Shown: positions 56,232 through 64,000 of the stretch, piece after piece | How positions within the stretch are numbered: the first letter of the stretch is position 1 | How the letters are laid out: every line of letters begins with the position of its first letter | Assembly (NCBI GenBank): GCA_016432325.1 | Contig: CP066684.1 | Location: 329,018 to 393,017, forward strand | Origin: Candidatus Aenigmatarchaeota archaeon | Lineage (GTDB): Archaea; Aenigmatarchaeota; Aenigmatarchaeia; PWEA01; JACQIF01 | Reading direction: 5' to 3' | Length of the DNA: 64,000 bases | Translations under genes and position numbers: made by a program | Notes under the pieces: generated by a model | The model's input: the letters and a program-made list of their open reading frames with translations, nothing else | What the model was told of the DNA's origin: nothing | Database searches by the model: none

Positions 56232-57734
56232 TCAAGACACTCTTCTGACCAACGGCGTTGGAATGCGCTGCGGGACTTCGAGCGTTAGCGCACCAGACGC
56301 ATCCGTCTTCTCGATGAATTTGTGTGTTCGCCTGCCCATGTCATCGATTCCTGTCAGCATCCATTCATTTTCCGGTTCAACTATGGGATCCATCGGTTGG
56401 TCCGAGTGTCTGTGGAGCAGCGAGTACTCGTCCATCGTCAGCATGCGAACGCGGTCGTCTTCGATGCTCATTCTCCACGCCACGTTTCTCCATCCCGGCG
56501 CGACCTTGCCGATGGTCACTATCGCCTCGGCCCCGCTGCCGTAGAATCCCAGTCCCACGTATTTGCCTTCTAGGCGCTCTCCGTGAATCGCGGCTTGCTT
56601 GAACATGGAAGCGAGGGCGATGGGCTGAGACGCCGTATAAGCGTTTCCTGTGGACCGCGACCATACGACCGAGTCCTCAAAAACGCTGTCCATGTAGTTC
56701 CTGAACGGCTTGACCTGCCTGAGCTTCTTCATATGATCGCTCATCGCCTTGTCAAAAGCCTTCACAGAAGAGAACGACTCCAAAAGCGGTTCCTTCCCTA
56801 TTTCCGCTTCTATCTCTTCGCCTTCGGCCGTGCCGCGGATGTCGTGGAGGAACCATCTCGCCATTCCCTTGCGTCCCATGTCAGGGAACGGTATGTGCAG
56901 AGCCGCCTTTCTCATTACGTCTTTCATCGGTTGGTTTTTGCCGACAATTCCCTTCCTTCTCGCAATTGTGCGCGCGGCGTCAGCGGCGTCGCGCATTGTA
57001 TCCTGATAAACGTCTATTGACAACTGGCTGTCGACGAGAGGCATCTCCGCGTGGGATTCGAAACTCGTCGCGCCTCCCGGACTCCTGACGGCCATCTTGG
57101 TGGGCTTCCAGAAATCGTATGCGTCCCTCGAACTGTAGCCGCGCACTTCCGGGTCGAGCACGAGCAGTCTCGGATCTTGCTTTATCCGTATGGCGACTCC
57201 GCCGAACCCGCCTGTTATCTCTCCTGCGCTGCCGAGAGGATATTTGCCATGGTCGACGGCCACTACGATGGCCTCTCTCCCGCTGACTCCCGGAGACGGA
57301 TCCGCGAGTATCCAGTCCGCGCAGTCCAGAATGGCCGCGCCTGCGGCGTTGCACGCGAACTTGTACTCCATGGTATGCCAATGGTTCGTCCTGCTGGAAC
57401 CAAGGTTCTGTCCAAGCATTCCCTTTACGTCTGTGGTGAACGGTTTGGCGTTATCGTAAGAACTCTCGGTGGCGCCGTACAGCCTGCCGATTTGCTCGGG
57501 CTGTATGTCGTTCTGAGCCATCAGCCGATAGACCGCTGTCGCGCCCACCGTCGCGATCGTTTGGCCTCCATCGGGAACTGCCGCATGCTGCACTCCGAGA
57601 TGACGCAATTTCCCTTCGAACTCTTCGGCAGAAAGCTTTCCGCGTCTCGCCTCGATAAACTCCTCGCCCAAAAGGTCCAAACGCGTGGCTGGTACGTAGA
57701 CGTAGATATCGTCGATACCGACAGACCTTGACAA
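56232..57734 (-). CDS. Hydroxymethylglutaryl-CoA synthase, long (MvaS/eukaryote-like) form
   Basis: GIDDIYVYVP, ATESSYDNAK, EYKFACNAAG (catalytic Cys), YDFWKPT motifs colinear with MvaS; TTG 57734 start inferred (listed ATG 57944 overlaps infB start); ~110 aa C-terminal extension. Confidence 0.7.
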   Translation of the reverse strand: MSRSVGIDDIYVYVPATRLDLLGEEFIEARRGKLSAEEFEGKLRHLGVQHAAVPDGGQTIATVGATAVYRLMAQNDIQPEQIGRLYGATESSYDNAKPFTTDVKGMLGQNLGSSRTNHWHTMEYKFACNAAGAAILDCADWILADPSPGVSGREAIVVAVDHGKYPLGSAGEITGGFGGVAIRIKQDPRLLVLDPEVRGYSSRDAYDFWKPTKMAVRSPGGATSFESHAEMPLVDSQLSIDVYQDTMRDAADAARTIARRKGIVGKNQPMKDVMRKAALHIPFPDMGRKGMARWFLHDIRGTAEGEEIEAEIGKEPLLESFSSVKAFDKAMSDHMKKLRQVKPFRNYMDSVFEDSVVWSRSTGNAYTASQPIALASMFKQAAIHGERLEGKYVGLGFYGSGAEAIVTIGKVAPGWRNVAWRMSIEDDRVRMLTMDEYSLLHRHSDQPMDPIVEPENEWMLTGIDDMGRRTHKFIEKTDASGALTLEVPQRIPTPLVRRVS

Positions 57735-57929
57735 GCAGCTCCCTCGAAAGGACTCCCGATTAGGCGTGAACGCGATATATACGCGGCTTCGGCCATTGAC
57801 GAACGCGACGTCGCTTGGTGCTAGAGGGCCGTATAGCCGTCCGTTGGGCACGAAAACGGGCCCATAGGACCTTTCTTGAACACGATGCGTTTTTAAGCAT
57901 GCGCTCCCACCAAGAAATCGGGTATCCTT

Positions 57930-59654
57930 ATGCCAATCCGCCAACCCATCGTATCAGTACTTGGCCACGTCGACCATGGAAAGACAAGCCTGCTGGACCG
58001 CATTCGCACATCGTCCGTTGCAGCGAAGGAAGCCGGCGGCATCACGCAGCACATCGGCGCCACTGAGGTGCCGCTCTCCACGATAAAAGAGATTTGCGCG
58101 TCGCTGCTCAGGGAACAGCAGATTAAGATTCCGGGCCTCTTGTTCATCGACACGCCGGGACACGAAGCGTTCACGACGCTGCGTCGCCGGGGCGGTTCCA
58201 TCGCCGATCTGGCCGTTCTGGTCGTCGACGTAACAGAAGGCTTCCAGCCGCAGACCATCGAATCGCTGACGTTCCTGCGCGAGTTCCGCGTGCCGTTCAT
58301 CGTAGCCGCAAACAAGATAGACAAAGTCCGGGGTTGGGTTCGCCACGCAGGCACGTTCGCGGATTCATACAAGAAACAGAACAAGGAGACGCGCGAACTG
58401 CTCGACAACAAGATATACGAGCTGATGGGGCAGCTGAGCGAGCACGGCTTCGTGGCCGACCGCTACGACCGCATCTCGGACTTCAGGTCAACCGTCATTA
58501 TCGTGCCTGTATGCGCGGCGAATGGCGAAGGCGTCCCGGAATTGATGGCGATGCTTATCGGTCTCGCGCAGCAATTTTTGACGCAAAAGCTCGAAATAAA
58601 GGGCGACATAGGCGCCGGTTCTGTCTTGGAGATAAAGGAGGTCAAAGGCCTCGGAACGACGATAGATGTGATACTTTATGACGGCGTCGCGCGCAAGGGC
58701 GACTTCCTGGTCATTGGAGGAGAGACGCCGATAGTGACGACGGTCAAAGGCATATTCAAACCGCGGCCGCTCGCCGAGATGCGCGTTGAGAGGCAGTTTG
58801 CTCCAGTCGATGAAATCATCGCGGCGGCCGGCAGCAAAATGGTCGCGCCGAATCTTGAGGGAGTCATACCGGGCTCGCCCATACGCGTCGTTCCGCACAA
58901 GAGCGACGTGGATGCGGCTGTGCGCGAACTCAAGCGTGAGGTCGAAACGGTGACGTTCGAGAGCAGCAACGACGGCGTGCTCGTCAAGGCGGACACTCTC
59001 GGCGCTCTTGAAGCGATGATAAAGATTATCACATCCAAGGGAATTGCGATAAGGAAGGCCCGTATAGGCCCCGTATCGCGCACGGATGTGATGGAGCAGC
59101 GCGGCGTGGCCGAACCGTACAACGTGGTAATCTTCGCGTTCAACGTTCCTGTCGCGCCGGAAGCCGAGGCGCTCAGGGAGAGCGTCCATATCTTCGCCGG
59201 CAACGTGATTTACAGGCTCATCGAGGACTACGTCGCGTGGACGCACACCAGAAAGGAGGAGCTCAAGCTTGCGCGCCTTGAAGGAGTGGTGCGCCCAGGG
59301 AAGATAAGGCTCCTGCCCGGGATGGTCTTCCACGCGGCCAAACCCGCCATAGTCGGCGTTGAAGTTCTCGGGGGTCTGATAAAACCGGGATACTCATTAG
59401 TGAAGGAAGGACGCATCGTGGGCCGTTTGTTGCAGGTGCAACACGAAGGCGCGAACGTTCAGGAGGCAAAGACCGGCGACCGTGTCGCCGTATCGATAGA
59501 GGGAGCCACCGTAGGCCGCGGTTTGGAAGAACGCGACGTTCTATACACTCTGCAGAGCAAGGAGAACGTCAAGAAGCTCGAAGAGCTTAAAGACCTGCTC
59601 ACGCGCGACGAGATTGACGTGCTGGAAGAGATAAAGGGGCTCATGGGCGGCTAG
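57930..59654 (+). CDS. infB: Translation initiation factor aIF5B (IF-2)
   Basis: IVSVLGHVDHGKTSLLD G1, DTPGH G3, NKID G4 motifs; 574 aa. Confidence 0.9.
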   Translation: MPIRQPIVSVLGHVDHGKTSLLDRIRTSSVAAKEAGGITQHIGATEVPLSTIKEICASLLREQQIKIPGLLFIDTPGHEAFTTLRRRGGSIADLAVLVVDVTEGFQPQTIESLTFLREFRVPFIVAANKIDKVRGWVRHAGTFADSYKKQNKETRELLDNKIYELMGQLSEHGFVADRYDRISDFRSTVIIVPVCAANGEGVPELMAMLIGLAQQFLTQKLEIKGDIGAGSVLEIKEVKGLGTTIDVILYDGVARKGDFLVIGGETPIVTTVKGIFKPRPLAEMRVERQFAPVDEIIAAAGSKMVAPNLEGVIPGSPIRVVPHKSDVDAAVRELKREVETVTFESSNDGVLVKADTLGALEAMIKIITSKGIAIRKARIGPVSRTDVMEQRGVAEPYNVVIFAFNVPVAPEAEALRESVHIFAGNVIYRLIEDYVAWTHTRKEELKLARLEGVVRPGKIRLLPGMVFHAAKPAIVGVEVLGGLIKPGYSLVKEGRIVGRLLQVQHEGANVQEAKTGDRVAVSIEGATVGRGLEERDVLYTLQSKENVKKLEELKDLLTRDEIDVLEEIKGLMGG

Positions 59655-59765
59655 GCTGTCCGGGACTCGGCCGCGAAGCCTATAAATCATTTCGTTCTCC
59701 ATTCAGTGCATGGACGCCGGGAAACCATTGGTTTCAATCGTCCATTGAGTAGACGGTGAAGTTCA

Positions 59766-60374
59766 ATGGACGTACTTGACGCTATCCAGAAAAGGCGCTC
59801 TGTCACGGAGTTCCAGGAAAAGAAGGTGGAAATGGAGAAGGTAGGAGTCCTTCTGGAAGCGATACGATGGGCTCCTTCTGCCGGCAACAGGCAGCCATGG
59901 GAAGTCGTCGTTATCGATGACCGGAAAACCATAGAGGATCTCGCGGATATCGCCCACAACCAACATTGGTTAAAGAAGGCGCCTCTGGTCATGGTGGTCT
60001 GCATCAACCACAAGCTGGCCGAAGGGACCTTCGGTGTCCGCGGAAAGAACCTTTACGCCATCCAGGCCACGGCCACGGCCGCCGAGAATGCGATGCTCAC
60101 GGCGACCGAACTGGGACTGGGAACGTGCTGGATTGACGTCTACGATGAAGAGAAGGCGTCACGGCTTCTGGCCTGTCCCAAGCACACTGTGCCTGTGATT
60201 GCGTTGGCCGTCGGATATCCGCTGGCTGTCCCAAAGCCTCCTCCCCGCTATGAGATAGCGTCCTTCTCCTACTACAACGGCCACGGCAAGCTGCTCGAGT
60301 TCGAGTGGAAGGGCATTGCAGAGCACCTGAAAGAGTTCAAGGAGAGATTGCTGAAGAGCCTTGAGAAGTACTGA
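59766..60374 (+). CDS. Nitroreductase-family flavoprotein
   Basis: RRSVTEF...PSAGNRQPW nitroreductase motifs. Confidence 0.8.
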   Translation: MDVLDAIQKRRSVTEFQEKKVEMEKVGVLLEAIRWAPSAGNRQPWEVVVIDDRKTIEDLADIAHNQHWLKKAPLVMVVCINHKLAEGTFGVRGKNLYAIQATATAAENAMLTATELGLGTCWIDVYDEEKASRLLACPKHTVPVIALAVGYPLAVPKPPPRYEIASFSYYNGHGKLLEFEWKGIAEHLKEFKERLLKSLEKY

Positions 60375-60398
60375 AGACGGAACCGACGTCTGCTAAAA

Positions 60399-60488
60399 TC
60401 AGATGAAGACTGCTATAAGCATAACCATTATCCCGGCCAAGACCAAGAGCCTCTGGTTCTGCCTGGCGTACCAACCCATACTGTTCAT
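60399..60488 (-). other. Possible 29-aa hydrophobic peptide (MNSMGWYARQNQRLLVLAGIMVMLIAVFI)
   Basis: ATG ~35 nt from palindromic TATA at 60518-60527 on minus side. Confidence 0.15.
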
Positions 60489-60607
60489 AGGTCTCGCACT
60501 AGTTTAGTAAATGATAGTTATTTAAGCGCGTTGTGTCTGCTCCACAACGAATTGATAAGCCATTCTCTCGTGAACGCAGAATAGTAGGAAGGGCGTTCCA
60601 TACTTAC

Positions 60608-60753
60608 CTGCCTTGGGGTAGGTTGGGTAAATGATGGAAGGGGTTCTTCCATACTTACCTGCCTCGAATTAGGTTGGGTAAGTGATGGAAGGGCGGGGTG
60701 TGGGGTGGTAGAATAGGATCGATCCGCCCTTCCAGTGTGGGGGTGTGTCATTG
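60608..60753. repeat. Structured tandem repeat locus: 51-nt direct repeat (x2) of TTCCATACTTACCTGCC-N6-TAGGTTGGGTAARTGATGGAAGG, flanked by GGAAGGGCG...CGCCCTTCC inverted repeat
   Basis: Units at 60616-60661 and 60667-60712; GGAAGGG x3 direct plus 1 inverted copy; TATA TTATTTAAGC at 60518-60527. Confidence 0.6.
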
Positions 60754-60856
60754 AATGACAATGATGATGCGGTTTGTTCATTTTTCCGCATACACTGGAC
60801 ACACTTGATTCATCCCGTGCAAAATAACGGGATAGGAGCGTACAACATTCTGTACG

Positions 60857-60876
60857 CCCCTCGTTGAAACAATGGG
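60857..60876 (-). terminator. Putative ftsZ terminator hairpin followed by T-tract
   Basis: GCGTACA-acattc-TGTACGC directly after ftsZ stop; minus-strand reading continues into TTATTTT. Confidence 0.3.
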
Positions 60877-60877
60877 T

Positions 60878-62011
60878 TTACCTTATCATGGGTATTCCGA
60901 GGCTGTCGGAGTACGACACCGAGGAGCTCTCCCTGGTTTCCGCGCGGCCCAGCACGTACGGGCTCTTCACGCCGGTCACAATCGTTATGACCTGCACGCG
61001 GCCGTTGAACTCAGGCAGTACGCGCGCTCCCCAGATGACCTGCGCTTCAGGGTTGAGGTGCTTTATCACGTACTCTCCAATGGTGTTGATCTCTTCCAGC
61101 TTCAGGTCTTCTCCGCCGATGACCTGCACAATCGCCCCGTTGCCTCCTGCAATGTCCGCTTCGAGCAAGGGGTGCTTCAGGGCTTTTGCCACGGCCTGCG
61201 AGGCGCGTGCGCCAGAGTCGTCGTCTCCTATGCCTATCAGAGCTACGCCACCCGAGTGCATTATCGCCTTCACGTCAGCGTAGTCCAGGTTCACGAGCGA
61301 CGGCTGCGTTATGGTCTCTGTAAGACCCTTTATCATCGTCGATACGAGCTCGTCTGCGACAGCGAACGCCTGCTTTACGGGCAGGTCGCCTGCGTACTGC
61401 AGCAGCTTCTGGTTCTCTATCACGATTACCGTGTCTGCAGCCGCGCGGAGCCTTGAAAGGCCGTCTTCTGCCTTGTTTATGCGGGTTCCTTCCATCTTGA
61501 ACGGCATCGTCACCGTCGCTATTACGATGGCGCCCATCTGTTTCGCGATTTCGGCCACAACAGGCGCGCAACCCGTTCCTGTTCCGCCACCGAGCCCTGT
61601 CGTTATGAAGAGCATGTCGCAGCCGTCGAGGGCTTCCTTTATCTCGCGCCTGCTCTCCTCCGCGGCCTTGCGGCCTACCTCAGGATATCCTCCTGCTCCG
61701 AGACCCTTGGTAAGTTCCTTTCCTATCAGAATCTTCTTGTGGGCCTTTATCGAAGACAAGTGTCTGGCGTCTGTGTTCAGCGCTATCGTGGACGCTCCTG
61801 ATATTCCCATTTCGGTAAGCGTGTTTATCGTGTTTGAACCGCCGCCTCCGCAACCCGCAACAAGTATGCGTGCCTGGTGCATCTCGAGTCCGAACTCCTC
61901 GCTTATCTTCTGGGCGTCAGAGCCTGTCGGTCCGCCTGCCAGAGAAGCCTGCTTCTGTGTTCCAGCGGCGCCGAATGTTTTTTCGAATGCGTTCTGTATT
62001 ATTGAATCCAT
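60878..62011 (-). CDS. ftsZ: Cell division GTPase FtsZ
   Basis: GGGTGTG tubulin motif, GLGAGGYPEVGRKAAEES; SD GGAGGGAGGA ~8 nt upstream. Confidence 0.9.
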   Translation of the reverse strand: MDSIIQNAFEKTFGAAGTQKQASLAGGPTGSDAQKISEEFGLEMHQARILVAGCGGGGSNTINTLTEMGISGASTIALNTDARHLSSIKAHKKILIGKELTKGLGAGGYPEVGRKAAEESRREIKEALDGCDMLFITTGLGGGTGTGCAPVVAEIAKQMGAIVIATVTMPFKMEGTRINKAEDGLSRLRAAADTVIVIENQKLLQYAGDLPVKQAFAVADELVSTMIKGLTETITQPSLVNLDYADVKAIMHSGGVALIGIGDDDSGARASQAVAKALKHPLLEADIAGGNGAIVQVIGGEDLKLEEINTIGEYVIKHLNPEAQVIWGARVLPEFNGRVQVITIVTGVKSPYVLGRAETRESSSVSYSDSLGIPMIR

Positions 62012-62152
62012 TTCAAATCCTCCCTCCTTTGTTTTTGATGACTTTTGGTGATCGTGAAGTTCTCACGGTCCCCCGATTTGTAGACTGTAAAATATACTTT
62101 CGAGCGTAGATACGCTTTTTAAGTACCTTTTACAGACTATCCTCTAGAAGTT

Positions 62153-62299
62153 GTTTGCCCAAACTCTTCCGGACACTTGCCCAAGTGTTCTTCGTTACCA
62201 AATTCGGTGCGTGAAGGTTTCACGTGAACCCGTTGCCCAACGGGTGCAGTCCAATCGTTTGCCCGAACGAAGCGGATTGCGAGTGTGAAACACGGTTTC
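62153..62299. repeat. Array of six inverted-repeat elements upstream of ftsZ (GTTTG-CC-CAAAC, CACTTG-CC-CAAGTG, ACCCGTTG-CC-CAACGGGT, CGTTTG-CC-CGAACG, GTGAA-GGT-TTCAC, GAAAC-ACG-GTTTC)
   Basis: Read directly in sequence at 62153, 62175, 62211, 62228, 62256, 62287. Confidence 0.55.
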
Positions 62300-62476
62300 T
62301 GCACGGTTTTAGTGTTTTTACTACCCGTGAGGACGCCTTATAAACATTTGTATAATGGAGAATATACATCCGACTAGACGAATTGCAAATCGACAACTTA
62401 CGAAGTTCTTGGAAAGCGAGGAAGTTCGAAACGCGTGCACATTCCGACAAAACGTGAAGGTTGCCGTCGCGCGGTC

Positions 62477-63052
62477 TTACTGTTTCTTCGGCCTTTCGAG
62501 CGCGTTGATTCTCTTGAGTTCACGCTCTATCTTGTCTATCGCGCGCTCGACGTCCGCGACGTTGCGCCCGCCTGTGCAAACTATCTTCCCAGAGCCGAAA
62601 AGAAGGAACGCAACGTTGGGTTCGTCCATCCTGTAGACGAGGCCCGGGAACTGTTCGGGTTCGTATTCTGCATTCGGCAGGGAAAACGCTATCTCGTTAA
62701 GCTTGAGCGTGCCTTCGATGCGGGCCGAAGCCACTATATTCTCTATCCGTATCTTGGGCTTGTCGTTGATTTCGACCCCGATGCTCTTTATCGCTTCGAT
62801 AACCTTGCCCATCGCTTTCCGCGCGAGCGCAGGCGAGCGGGCGCCTGTGCAGACGACCTTGCCGGAAGTGAATATCAGGGAAGCGGCCTTGGGCTCCTTC
62901 ATGCGATAGACGAGGCCGGGGAACTGTTCGGGTTCGTATTCTGTGCCGGGAACCCTGGCGACAAGCTTGTTGAGCGGGACCTTGACGTTCAGAGTAGCTG
63001 ACGCAACCACGTTTTCTATCCGAATATCCTTTGCCGTACGGATGCACCCCAA
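62477..63052 (-). CDS. tbp: TATA-box binding protein
   Basis: Two direct repeats with EYEPEQFPGLVYRM in each; TTG start. Confidence 0.9.
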   Translation of the reverse strand: MGCIRTAKDIRIENVVASATLNVKVPLNKLVARVPGTEYEPEQFPGLVYRMKEPKAASLIFTSGKVVCTGARSPALARKAMGKVIEAIKSIGVEINDKPKIRIENIVASARIEGTLKLNEIAFSLPNAEYEPEQFPGLVYRMDEPNVAFLLFGSGKIVCTGGRNVADVERAIDKIERELKRINALERPKKQ

Positions 63053-63060
63053 AGAACTGA

Positions 63061-63089
63061 GGGTATATAAAGGGTAGGGTATTTAAAGG
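63061..63089 (-). promoter_or_regulatory. tbp promoter with two tandem TATA boxes (GGGTATATAAAGG / GGGTATTTAAAGG)
   Basis: Direct 13-mer repeat 10 bp apart, proximal box ~20 nt upstream of TTG start. Confidence 0.45.
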
Positions 63090-63154
63090 CCGCGGACGGG
63101 CATGATTTGACCACTTACAAATGACTATTTAAGCGTTTGGTTGTTCTTTAAGCT

Positions 63155-63541
63155 GTGGCAAAACCGCGATCGAACAGACACCTGAAAATGAACGAACTCT
63201 TGCGTCAAGAAGGACCTATGTTCCACGACGACCTGTCAAAAGCACTCGGTATTAACACGGTCTCCCGCCTGTCTCAGGTGTTCATGGATGGCAGGCTGGA
63301 AGGCCTGCATGTGGACCGCTTCCTCTACACAATAGGCAAGCAGTTTGGGATTTACTGGTCTACCGGCAACGGCTCTTACAATGAACGGATGGATAACGTT
63401 AACCGTGCCGATGCCGCGGATATGGTGGAACGCAGGATAGGCGCGCCGATAAAGGGCTACCGCGAAAGCCACTTTGCATATCTAATCCGCGGTCTCAAAC
63501 GCACCGAAAGCGGCGTGTGGGTCGTGGATGAAGAAGCCTAA
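63155..63541 (+). CDS. Hypothetical protein (128 aa)
   Basis: TATA 63124-63131 ~27 nt upstream of ATG. Confidence 0.4.
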   Translation: MAKPRSNRHLKMNELLRQEGPMFHDDLSKALGINTVSRLSQVFMDGRLEGLHVDRFLYTIGKQFGIYWSTGNGSYNERMDNVNRADAADMVERRIGAPIKGYRESHFAYLIRGLKRTESGVWVVDEEA

Positions 63542-63924
63542 GTCTCGTCAGCAAAGTCCTTGAGCGTCCGCTCACCAAGAAACTTCTTCCTCGCGCCTTC
63601 CATCGTTCCGGATACGCCCAGAGAGTGGGGTATCACGCGGACGCCGCCTATGCTCGTTATCAGGGCCAGCGCGACGCGCACGTTCTCTACCTGCACATGG
63701 CCACAACGCACGAGGCCGCGCTGCCGCTTCTCGTCCCAGGCGTCCTTGACGAACCATACGTTCGTGCGCGCTGTCCCGAGCTCGCCCAGAAGAGTCAAAA
63801 GCGCATTCCAGAAGGCGTCCACTATCGCATCAAACCTGAGAGGCTTCTCGCTTATGATTTCAAAAGCCAGGTAGCGCTTCTTCTCGCGCAGGGTAGGAGG
63901 AAGCGTTTTCGGTTTGTCCGCCAT
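63538..63924 (-). CDS. rnp2: RNase P protein component 2 (Pop5/Rpp14-like)
   Basis: LREKKRYLAFEI N-terminal Pop5 motif, 128 aa. Confidence 0.7.
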   Translation of the reverse strand: MADKPKTLPPTLREKKRYLAFEIISEKPLRFDAIVDAFWNALLTLLGELGTARTNVWFVKDAWDEKRQRGLVRCGHVQVENVRVALALITSIGGVRVIPHSLGVSGTMEGARKKFLGERTLKDFADET

Positions 63925-64000
63925 TTACTGGTCACCTCTAATTCTTCCGAGCTGTAAAATTGAAACCGAAGGTTTCATATTACTCCTCGACCTCCACGCC

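Noticed and set aside
57735-57944. N-terminal 70 codons of the 570-aa HMGCS ORF (ATG at 57944)
   Set aside because: Would overlap the conserved aIF5B start on the opposite strand and run through the GTATATAT promoter element; MvaS homology begins exactly at TTG 57734.
60600-60760. Possible CRISPR array
   Set aside because: Only two full direct repeats, each internally palindromic over ~19 bp with no unique spacer-like sequence between; no cas genes or leader; better explained as a hairpin repeat, ncRNA or MITE-like element.
60518-60802. 94-aa minus ORF with internal peptide repeats (LPSLTQP..RQVSME)
   Set aside because: Peptide repeats are just translation of the 51-nt DNA tandem repeat; no start context; region treated as noncoding.
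62130-62476. RNase P RNA or SRP RNA gene near the Pop5 and ftsZ genes
   Set aside because: Could not find the conserved CR-I (GGAAAGUCCGG) / CR-IV motifs of RNase P RNA or SRP helix-8 signatures on either strand; left as unassigned structured region.
62130-62476. Chromosomal replication origin (ORB-like palindromes)
   Set aside because: No orc1/cdc6 gene adjacent and no long AT-rich DUE with mini-ORB repeats; palindromes are short and heterogeneous, more consistent with transcription-factor sites.
1-64000. tRNA/rRNA genes, IS elements, integrases, inteins
   Set aside because: No T-arm/anticodon-arm tRNA signatures, rRNA motifs, transposase/integrase ORFs or intein blocks noticed; aIF5B and other large proteins appear uninterrupted.

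Overview
High-GC (~58-60%) archaeal chromosomal segment, euryarchaeal-like. Gene families are archaeal (AglB/STT3, aIF2alpha, Nop10, L44e, S27e, L7Ae-S28e-L24e, RpoK, TBP, Pop5). Promoters carry TTTAAATA-type TATA boxes about 25-35 nt upstream of mostly leaderless starts. The first ~41 kb is one very large protein/cell-surface glycosylation island: oligosaccharyltransferase AglB, AglH-like GlcNAc-1-P transferase, a Wzx-like flippase, at least 13 GT2/GT4 glycosyltransferases, three Dol-P-sugar-synthase + GT-C pairs, six sugar methyltransferases, an SGNH esterase, a UDP-GlcNAc-modifying branch, and a CDP-3,6-dideoxyhexose pathway (RfbF, RfbG, E1 dehydrase, RmlC/RmlD-like, C-methyltransferase) split over two loci. 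The 3' ~23 kb is a conserved informational/housekeeping region: L44e-S27e-aIF2alpha-Nop10-PAC2-RpoK, S2, TrmI-like, GluRS, L7Ae-S28e-L24e, HMG-CoA synthase, aIF5B, FtsZ, TBP, Pop5. It is interrupted by hypothetical genes, a low-GC gene, tandem small paralogs, and several repeat- and palindrome-rich noncoding loci. No tRNA, rRNA, CRISPR or canonical mobile element was found. Many six-frame ORFs are antisense or over-extended artefacts of the high GC. Several listed starts were corrected to internal ATG/GTG/TTG codons from promoter spacing and family N-termini.
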